A stretch of DNA of 64,000 bases from positions 130,138,001 to 130,202,000 of the forward strand of contig OZ024741.1 of NCBI GenBank assembly GCA_964016885.1. Direction: 5' to 3'. Under the pieces are notes generated by a model, which saw only the letters and a program-made list of their open reading frames with translations, did no database searches and was not told the DNA's origin. This DNA is from Eledone cirrhosa. Lineage: Eukaryota. The translations under genes and the position numbers were made by a program. This document shows, piece after piece, positions 12,791 through 21,702 of the stretch. Numbering within the stretch: the stretch's first letter is position 1; the number at the start of each line of letters is the position of its first letter.

Positions 12791-13089
12791 AACCAAAACC
12801 AGTGGCGCCACCACACCACAATTACGTCAGGCAACAACGAAAACAACGACAAAATATGAACAAATAAACTACCAATCATGTAAATAACAAAACAAAAGAC
12901 CCACTTGAAAATAAACAACATCAATAACAGATGAGTACAAACAACGCCATTGTAACAACAACAACTCAAAACAAATAAGAAAGAGCAATAAAAGAAACAA
13001 TACTGACATATACCTCAATTAAACCATTCTTCATAATTAGAATACTAAGTTGATGAATTACGTAAAACCGAACATCAAAAAATGTCTAA

Positions 13090-13352
13090 TGTGTTTCTCG
13101 ACCCGGAGGCTCATCAGGCTGGTGCATATTCCAGTTTCCATGAACGTAAGCGATTGAGAGTACAAGACTTCCCCCTGGACAGGACTCTTGTCAACCGCAG
13201 GGTTAAACCACCAGCTATTGGTAGTACTAATTTTCAGCTGAATATAGGAGTGTAAAATGAAATAAAGTGTTTTGCTTAAGATCACAACGCACAACCCAGT
13301 CCAGGAATCGAACCAACGACCCCCTTACAACAAGGCCGCGCGCCTCGAACAT
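13090..13352 (-). mobile_element. tRNA-derived SINE
   Basis: Minus strand: GGTTCGATTCCTGG B-box, then GTTGTGATCTTAAGCAAAACACTTTA central-domain-like motif and a ...TCCAGGGGGAAGT...GGAAACTGG...CCTGATGAGCC tail. Confidence 0.65.
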
Positions 13353-13621
13353 CAAAAACGTAGAGGAAAGGAATACAAAGCAGTGACCAAATCTTCGTAA
13401 AGACTGGAACCAACTGACTTCTAGTGAGAATGACGTCATGAATCTATAAATACTTGTTACTGAGGTGTCGTGACAACATGGAGAATAGAAAGGTCTATGA
13501 CCAGCCTATATAAGTTCTGCAATGACATCTCTAGGGTGCCAGGTTGTCATGGATGTAATGTGACATTCAAGTATACTCTACCCAACATATCAGCACTGAG
13601 AATTATTATTATTATTATTGT

Positions 13622-14447
13622 TCTTTGAGTGTCAGTCATTGATGTTAGTTAACTGGAAAGTTTGTTGAAATGAATATCAAGTCACTACCTGCAGCCTCAG
13701 GTATTCAGGACGTATCGGAGGGTTCTTGCTGTTCCCAGCAAGCATGCCTTTTCAAGTGTTCCCAAAAGCGGGGCGGGGCCAATTTTCTTTAACCATCCCT
13801 GGAAACTTTTTGAGATAGTACCTAGTGTGCCTATGACAATCGGGACCACTTTGACTTCATGGCAGTTCCAAATCCTTTTTACCTCCCACTTTAAGTCCTG
13901 GTATCGGTTAATTTTCCCCCCCTCCTTCTCTTGCACTCTCGTGTCGAATGGGCAGGCCACATCCACAATCAGGCACGATCTTTTTTCCTTGTCCAAAACC
14001 ACCAGGTCAGGTCTATTGTGTTCCAGTTTCTTGTCCGTCTGTATCCTAAAATCCCACAGCACCTTCACCTGATCGTTTTCTATCACCGACTCTGGCTTAT
14101 GTTCATACCACTTCTCAGAATGTGGTAAATTGTTTACTTTGCATAGGTGCCAGTGGATCACCCTGCCCATCACATCATGTCTCCAGCCTTTATAGTGAGT
14201 CTGGGCTAGGTGTTTACACTCGGATACAATGTGAGCCACAGTCTCATCTCTCTCTCCACAGATCCTGCACAGTGGGCTAGCCTCCTACTTGTAAATATGG
14301 TGTTTCAGCCACTTCGTTTTGAGGGCCTGCTCTTGCGCAGCCATTAGCATTCCTTCTGTAGCCTTTTTAAGGTTTCCTCTTCTCAACCAGTTCGATGTCT
14401 GTGGGTCTCTGAATTCAGTTTTCTCAAAGAAGGTACTATGAAGGGAC

Positions 14448-14449
<2 letters not shown>
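13622..14449 (-). mobile_element. R4/Dong-type LINE family A, 5'-truncated fragment (zinc knuckle + RLE)
   Basis: Encodes HIVSEC...RHD...RPDLVVLDK...DVACP; near-identical to the 3' end of 21703-26245; (TAA)n at both ends. Confidence 0.9.
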
Positions 14450-14482
<33 letters not shown>

Positions 14483-14691
14483 GGCAACCTACGTAGGAAA
14501 TCGTATTATCGTGAGCTCCGCAAAGGTTTGTTATTTCCGTTTGTTTAAAAATTGCCATTTATGGAAAATTTTATTGTAAACTGTTTATAAGCACACATAC
14601 ATTGTTTTCCGAAAAGGACACCCAAAAAGATTGGGGCCTTGTGCCCAAAATTTTAACTTTTATTATTATCCAAAAATTTCTTTGAAAAAAA

Positions 14692-15231
14692 ATGGCTAAT
14701 TCCCTTCTGCACGAAGCAGCTGAAAGCCTTCCTCACAAAATAACACCTCACACCGACACCACCATTGTAAATGTTACTACGTTTGCCAACACAAAAAAAA
14801 ATATAAGCAGTAGCAATATTTTAAATTTGTCTCAGGCAGACATTCATTTCCCGCCATTACCAATGACTGCAGGTGTTAAACCCTCCACCACCACCACCAC
14901 AGCGACAACCACCACCACCACCACCACCACCACCGCGACAACAGAAACAAAAGAAGAAAAAAATAAATTAACTCGTGACGTCGAAATGAAATCAAGCAAA
15001 ATGGACTCTTCCCCACCAAAGACGACTGACGTCACAACCACCACAACTGAAAATAAAATTAATATTAACGATAGCAACAACAACAACAATGACATTATAA
15101 AACCGACCCTCAGTTTCGCCATCGTAGCAAAACAATTCGAAGCGTTCACGGTAACCCAAGAAGATTTAGAAAATGCCAAACAAATGGTAAAGAAAGATGG
15201 GTACAGGGTCAGCCCCCCCCCCCACACCTAA
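14692..15231 (+). CDS. Tx1 ORF1 N-terminal part (ORF1a), Thr/Asn-rich
   Basis: 179-aa ORF from AAAATGG; homologous ORF 39752-40258 with in-frame indels; contains SFAxVAK motif. Confidence 0.65.
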   Translation: MANSLLHEAAESLPHKITPHTDTTIVNVTTFANTKKNISSSNILNLSQADIHFPPLPMTAGVKPSTTTTTATTTTTTTTTTATTETKEEKNKLTRDVEMKSSKMDSSPPKTTDVTTTTTENKININDSNNNNNDIIKPTLSFAIVAKQFEAFTVTQEDLENAKQMVKKDGYRVSPPPHT

Positions 15232-15235
15232 TAAA

Positions 15236-16684
15236 ATGGAGCATCGGCGCCTGTGCACCGTGTCGTATAGAACAATAAATGTAAAATCGCGCCGAGTGGA
15301 ACGGGCATCCGAGTCCCAAATCCAAAAAGCTTTGGGACATGTGTGGGCAAGAAAAACCCACATCAGACGTGGGCAAAAGTATGGAACCGTGGATGTGTTC
15401 TTTGAAACACCAGAGGAGGCTAGAGAACACTCCATGGCCCCATTAAAAAGTGACGACCTCACACTCGTCCCAAGCTATTGTGGCCAGAGACTCGTAAAGA
15501 TCAGGGTGACCCACGTTCCACCGGCCATCGAAATTCCCTGGCTAATAGCGGCTGTCCTCACCGGCATCGAAGCCAACACGAAAATAATAGCAGTAGCAAA
15601 AGAAAATCAGGAAAACTGGTCCGGATCTGGGATGGAGCTCCTGATCCAAGCGGACCAAAAAAGCATTGAGGAGATCCCAGAGGTAATAGACCTCACTGAC
15701 GGCAGCCACCTCACGGTAATTGTCGAGGGCAGAAGACCTAGGTGTGTCGTTTGTGGTGAAGGAACCCACCTAAGGGCTTTCTGCCCTCAGGCTAAAAGGT
15801 TGAGGCCACCTCTCCTACCCACCCCAGTGACAAAACCATCAACACCACCAGTAGCAGAGATGGCAGCAACAACTGTAGCAGCAACAACAGAAGCAACTAT
15901 ATCAGCAACAACCCCAGCAACAGTAGCAAAACCAACACCACTACCACCACCAGCAAAACCAACACCACCACCACCCAACGCTTCAGAACTAGCACCAGCG
16001 CCTACACCATCCACCACACCACAACCAAAACTAACGGCTGTGGAGGATTTTCCACTCCCCGGCCTATCACAACTGGAGACAGATTGTGACGACGAGGAGT
16101 GGGAAACGATATCCGGAAAAAAAAAAAGAAACCAAAAAAGAAAAAATTATCTTCCTTCCCCCTCCAAAAACAAAATACAGAGGGAAACAAATAAACTAAG
16201 AAACAAAAAAGTTAGGACAGATATGCCACCATCCACACCAGCATCACCAACCCCATCAACCCAAACACCAACACCATCACCATCATCATCCCCAGCACCA
16301 CCATCACCTACACCACAAAAGTCACCAAAAAGCGAAACAGAAACAAACCCACAACAAACGCAAACAAAACAAAACAACCAAAACGATACACACTACACAG
16401 CATTAAATTTGAACAACAAGCAATTATTACACTACATCCAACACAACACCAGCATCACAGAAAAAGACTACACAACAACCCCAAAATTCACACCACCTCC
16501 ACACATACAAATCACTCGCATCACACAGAAAACGTACATGACACTAAAACAAAAATTCCCCAAAGACATCGGAGACTTCCGACAAGCACTCTCCAGGAGG
16601 ATTTATAAGGACATCCTTCCTGAGGAGGCCACAAGCAGTGAAAAGGATGGAAAAGCCGTCCTTCCCCTACGAGAAGTAAGGTAA
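15236..16684 (+). CDS. Tx1 ORF1 main part (ORF1b), gag-like with zinc knuckle
   Basis: CVVCGEGTHLRAFC (CX2CX4HX4C), Pro/Thr-rich linker, basic patch; in +1 frame relative to ORF1a. Confidence 0.8.
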   Translation: MEHRRLCTVSYRTINVKSRRVERASESQIQKALGHVWARKTHIRRGQKYGTVDVFFETPEEAREHSMAPLKSDDLTLVPSYCGQRLVKIRVTHVPPAIEIPWLIAAVLTGIEANTKIIAVAKENQENWSGSGMELLIQADQKSIEEIPEVIDLTDGSHLTVIVEGRRPRCVVCGEGTHLRAFCPQAKRLRPPLLPTPVTKPSTPPVAEMAATTVAATTEATISATTPATVAKPTPLPPPAKPTPPPPNASELAPAPTPSTTPQPKLTAVEDFPLPGLSQLETDCDDEEWETISGKKKRNQKRKNYLPSPSKNKIQRETNKLRNKKVRTDMPPSTPASPTPSTQTPTPSPSSSPAPPSPTPQKSPKSETETNPQQTQTKQNNQNDTHYTALNLNNKQLLHYIQHNTSITEKDYTTTPKFTPPPHIQITRITQKTYMTLKQKFPKDIGDFRQALSRRIYKDILPEEATSSEKDGKAVLPLREVR

Positions 16685-16718
16685 GTGGTCTTTCCCATCT
16701 TTTCCACTCCTTTTCAAC

Positions 16719-19700
16719 ATGACCTCACTCAGAATAGGCAGCATAAATGCGCGTGGCTTGGGGTCGTCATGGAAGCAGGGCCACCTGCTCAACGACCTCA
16801 GGTCACTAAACATAGATGTAGTGGCCATCAGCGAGACCAGAATCTCCGAAGCACAGGCTTTCGCACCGATCTTCGGCGGCTACGATGTGTACGCATCTCC
16901 CAGCCGTCCGGGATCGGGGGGAGGAGTTGCTGTGCTTTTTCGGAGAGGTTTGGATCTTGCCATACGGGCCATCTTCCTGGACCCAGAAGGTAAGTTGGTG
17001 GTGCTGGACGTGACCAGCGGAGACGGGCAAGCTTTCAGGTTAGTGGCCGTCTATGCCCCGACAGGAGCAGGGCGGCCTGATTTCTTCCGGCGTCTGGAGA
17101 CCTTTCTTGGAACGTCCCGCTCTTTAGTGTTAGTGGGCGACTGGAACGGGATCTTAGATGCACGCTGGAATTGTGTGGGATTAGTGGATAGGGAAGGAGG
17201 GTGCAAGAGTCTCACCAACCTGCTCAGACGTTTTGAACTGTCTGACAGGTACCGAATGGATTTCCCGAATGTACCAATGTGGACTTGGACAAATCGCATA
17301 GGGTCATCCAGATCATATCTAGATAGAGTATTTTGTAGGGAAATAGATAGGTCTAGCATAGGCTGTCCACAATTCAAGATAGTCAGCTACACGGACCACA
17401 AATTCGTGATCTGTGTGCTTGACTTAGATAGGCTTCATAGACGAGGACCCGGCTACTGAAAGCTAAACGCGTCCTTACCAGCGCGCAAGGCCTACAGAGA
17501 CCGGATTAGCGAACTAGTTAAGCGGGCGTTGACGGGGGCCATCGTCAACAACAAGTGGTGGTTTGCTCTGAAAAGAGCAATTAGAATAGAGTCCATTAGG
17601 TTTAGTAAGACTTTAGCAATAGAGAAAAATAGAGCAGAGGGAGAATTAGTTAGAAAATTAGATGAGGCGCTTAGCAAAGGCATCGCGACCGACGTACTTG
17701 CGGCGAAATTGGCCCTTGACCAATTCTTCAATACAAAGCACGAAGGCTGCGTTGTCAGAGCTAGGGTGCGTGCTCTCAGACACGAGGGGACGAAAGCCGT
17801 TGAATGGGCCCGGGTGGCGGAGGCGCGTCGTGGCAACAAAGCCACGATCCGGTCTTTGGTGGACCACGACGGGCGCATGCTACTCGATCCCGGGCAAATG
17901 TGTGAAGCTTTTCAGCGACACTTCGCTCAACTGTTCGGGGGCAGTGGCGGGCCGGATCGAGGGATGGACTTTAGTGTCTACCTCGACGGACTGCCGCGGC
18001 TTTCGGCCACTGAGGCGGAGTGTTGCGAAAAGCCGATAACAACCGCTGAAGTACGGGATGCAATGACTAGTTGCACAAGGGGCAAATCGCCTGGTTTGGA
18101 TGGTCTGCCCTATGAACTTTACGTACAAATGCCAAACTTGTTCGGAGGCCTCTTGGCGGACGTCTACTGCAACTGGCAACAGAACGGGAGAATTCCCAGC
18201 TCTGTGAGCCGAGGAGCGGTGGCGCTGCTGAGAAAGGATCCGAACAAGGGGGATAACATAGATAATTTTAGGCCCATAACTCTGCTAAACACAGAGTTCA
18301 AGATTTTGGCCAAGGTGCTAGCAAAGAGGTTGGCGCTTGTCGTTGGTGGTCTGGTGGGAGAGGCACAGACATGCGCCATTCCCGACAGATCCATCCACGA
18401 CAACCTCCACCTCATGCGATACATCGTAGAGAGGGTAGCTAGGGAACCTGGCACGGGTGGGTCTTTGATCAATTTAGATCAGTCGAAAGCCTTCGATAGG
18501 GTCGACCATCGTTACCTAGCGGCAGTCCTGAGGGCGGCTGGCTTTGGGCCCGTCTTCAGAGGCTGGATCGCTGCCATGCACAGCGACATCTGCTCTGTAG
18601 TGAGAGTGAACGGTCACCTTTCGGAACCGTTCAACATCATGCGCTCGGTCCGCCAAGGATGTCCCCTCTCGTCCCTATTGTACGTATTGACTCTCGAGCC
18701 ATTACTGCACAAACTGGAGACGTTGAGGGGAGTCCCGTGCGAACTAGGATGCGGAAGATCCGTGTCAGCATATGCCGACGATGTCACCGTAGTGGTGTCG
18801 AACGCCAAACACATCGAGGCGATCGGCACTACACTAAGAGAATACGAAGCGGTGACAGGAGCAATGATCAACCAGGAAAAGTCAGTGGGCCTGCAGCTCG
18901 GCACCTGGAGAGGCAGGTCCATGCCGTCCAACAGCGTCGTCGGGCGCTGGACGGACGGACCGGTTAAATTGCTAGGGGTCTGGTTCGGTCCAGACCTCCA
19001 GACGGACAAAAACTGGGACGAGGTGACGAGCAGGGTGGCTTCTCTCACCCAGAAATGGGCCGAGAGGAAGCTATCCCTAAAAGGTCGAGCGGAGGTGGCG
19101 AATGCGTACATCGCATCCGTCATCTACTACCGCCTGACCGTCGTACCTTGTCCTAAGCCCCGCCTGACTGCGCTGGAGCGTTTGCTCTTTCGCTTCTTGT
19201 GGAAGGGACGCGCTCCGATGGTCAGGCGGTCCATCTGCTGTCAACACCCGCTACGTGGAGGGCTGGGCATGCCGTGGCTGATGATGCGCAGACACGCGCT
19301 CAGGCTACGACATCTCCACCTCTTCCTCGACGGTGATCAGGTGTGGTCGCCGTTTGCAAGACACGTTTTTCCCCAGCTCGTCTCCTTGACGGAGCTGCAG
19401 TCCTGGGTCAAGCGAAGACCGAGAGGGAGCGCTTGGAGACTGGAATGTCTTCAGGCGCTCACAGCCCTCGACCAATCGGGCAATGTGATCGGTGGAAACT
19501 CCACCTTGGCGTTCTATAGGGGATTAGTGGAGGGGAAGAGCGACGACGTACTTGGAGAAACTCTAGGCGTCGACGAAAATCAACTAGCCAATCTCTTCGG
19601 AAGGACTTTCGAGCCGGGGCCTATGGACAACTTCCAGAAATCCCTGGCCTGGCAGTGCTACCGAGGAGCTTTGCCAGTTCGGGATAAACTCTACAGGCAT

Positions 19701-20138
19701 GGAGGTGCCGTCAGCCGGGCATGTCCGAGATGCGCGCAGGGCGACGAAACCGTCCTGCACGCACTCGTCCAGTGTCCGAGCATTGCTGACTTGTGGGTTT
19801 ATGTCGAACACCTGCTGTCACGTGTAGGACGGATCCAGCTATCAGCTGAGTCCATCGTGAGGATTGCCCCACCCTCTTCCTTTAGCCTGGAAGGGCAGGC
19901 AGTTTTTATCTGTCTGGTGGCCATGGCGAAAGAGATAGTATGGTGGACACGTTTGAAAGGGCTGAAGACGAGCACTTACCTCTTCGGTGATGCCCTGATT
20001 AACTTTTTCAAATTTCATTTGAAAAGGAAAATCAGGGTAGAGAGGGAAGTGCTCTCTTCCCAGCATTTTGTTGAAAGATGGGTGAGAGAAGCAAGTATGG
20101 CCCGAATGAATGGGCCTTCTCTGAGTATGTGTCTGTAA
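16719..20138 (+). pseudogene. Tx1 ORF2 (APE endonuclease + RT + C-terminal CCHC) with one nonsense codon
   Basis: SINARGL, ISET, VYAP, GDWN, YLDR, TDH (APE); KSPGLDG, RPITLLN, DQSKAFD, RQGCPLS, AYADD (RT); CPRC...H...C. TGA at 17457-17459 where the other copies have TGG; both halves in one frame. Confidence 0.92.
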
Positions 20139-20380
20139 ATTAAAGGTGGAAAACTGGGAGAGTGCACTTGCCCTGGTGGTCAGGGCCACTGTGGTCTTTT
20201 AATGGGCTTTCTCCACAAATGTCCCTTGGAAGTCTCCCCCCTATTGGGGAATTTTTCTTTGTTATTTTATTTCAACCTCTGTTTTTTTACACGCAGAAAT
20301 GCCCATTTGTACCGTCCTGTATTGTCCTGTACTGTCCTTAATGTCTACTTTATGTGAACCCTTGTGGTTAATAAAGAAAA

Positions 20381-20437
<57 letters not shown>

Positions 20438-20439
<2 letters not shown>

Positions 20440-20580
20440 TTTGAGTCTCAGTCATTGATGTTAGTTAACTGGAAAGTTTGTTGAAATGAATATCAAGCCA
20501 ATTGATTTAAATATGTTAAAAATCAAAAACTTACGGGAGCGATTTCATGACCTTCTAACCACCACGTGCGTCTTCTTCCC
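20438..20580 (-). mobile_element. 143-bp Dong-A mini-element (5' terminus fused to 3' terminus), copy 1
   Basis: 20438-20500 matches the Dong-A 3' UTR end; 20501-20580 matches the 5' end at ~26168-26245; (TAA)n flanks. Confidence 0.85.
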
Positions 20581-20627
<47 letters not shown>

Positions 20628-20641
20628 GTTATTATTATTAT

Positions 20642-21467
20642 TCCTTGAGTCTCAGTCATTGATGTTAGTTAACTGGAAAGTCCGTTGGAATGAATATCAA
20701 GCCACTACCTGCAGCCTCAGATATTCAGGACGTATCGGAGGGTTCTTGCTGTTCCCAGCAAGCATGCCTTTTGAAGCGTTCCAAAAAGAGTGAAGGGGCC
20801 GATTTTCTTTAACCATCCCTGGAAACTTTTGGAGATAGTCCCCAGTGAACCAATGACAACCGGGATCACTTTGACTTCATGGCAGTTCCAAATCCTTTTT
20901 ACCTCCCACTTTAAGTCCTGGTATCGGTTAATTTTCTCCCTCTCCTTCTCTTGCACTCTCGTGTTGAATGGGCAGGCCACATCCACAATCAGGCACGATC
21001 TTTTTTCCTTGTCCAAAACCACCAGGTCAGGTCTATTGTGTTCCAGTTTCTTGTCCGTCTGTATCCTAAAATCCCACAGCACCTTCACCTGATCGTTTTC
21101 TATCACCGACTCTGGCTTATGCTCATACCACTTCTCAGAATGTGGTAAATTGTTTATTTTGCATAGGTGCCAGTGGATCACCCTGCCCATCACATCATAT
21201 CTCCAGCCCTTATAGTGGGTCTGGGCTAGGTGTTTACACTCAGATACAATGTGAGCCACAGTCTCATCTCTCTCTCCACAGATCCTGCACAGTGGGCTAG
21301 CCTCCTACTTGTAAATATGGTGTTTCAGCCACTTCGTTTTGAGGGCCTGCTCTTGCGCAGCCATTAGCATTCCTTCTGTAGCCTTTTTAAGGTTTCCTCT
21401 TCTCAACCAGTTCGATGTCTGTGGGTCTCTGAATTCAGTTTTTTCAAAGAAGGTACTATGAAGGGAC

Positions 21468-21469
<2 letters not shown>
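20642..21469 (-). mobile_element. R4/Dong family A 5'-truncated fragment
   Basis: RLE ORF 20717-21259; same 5' breakpoint as 13622-14449. Confidence 0.9.
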
Positions 21470-21522
<53 letters not shown>

Positions 21523-21524
<2 letters not shown>

Positions 21525-21665
21525 TTTGAGTCTCAGTCATTGATGTTAGTTAACTGGAAAGTTTGTTGAAATGAATATCAAGCCAATTGATTTAAATATG
21601 TTAAAAATCAAAAACTTACGGGAGCGATTTCATGACCTTCTAACCACCACGTGCGTCTTCTTCCC
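21523..21665 (-). mobile_element. 143-bp Dong-A mini-element, copy 2
   Basis: Matches 20438-20580 by eye, including the junction TATCAAGCCA/ATTGATTTAA. Confidence 0.85.
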
Positions 21666-21702
21666 TTATTATTATTATTATTATTATTATTGTTATTGTT
21701 AT

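Larger units (their letters stand above)
14483..20381 (+). mobile_element. Tx1/L1-clade LINE, full-length copy 1, inserted in (ATT)n
   Basis: 5' UTR, ORF1 with CCHC knuckle, ORF2 APE-RT-CCHC, AATAAA at 20370, (ATT)n both sides; same 5' start as the copy at 39532. Confidence 0.92.

Noticed and set aside
10507-12867. 786-aa Thr-rich mucin-like ORF
   Set aside because: GTG start, no signal peptide or mucin domains, and unit variants are non-synonymous in this frame
13093-13118. CTGATGA...GAAAC on the minus strand resembling a hammerhead
   Set aside because: Lies in a SINE tail; helix II spacing is wrong and no helix I or III could be formed
17457-17459. In-frame TGA in Tx1 ORF2 as selenocysteine or readthrough
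   Set aside because: The other two copies have TGG (Trp); simple nonsense mutation
17492-20189. Recurrent antisense and alternate-frame ORFs within Tx1 and Dong copies
   Set aside because: Shadow ORFs repeated only because the parent copies are near-identical
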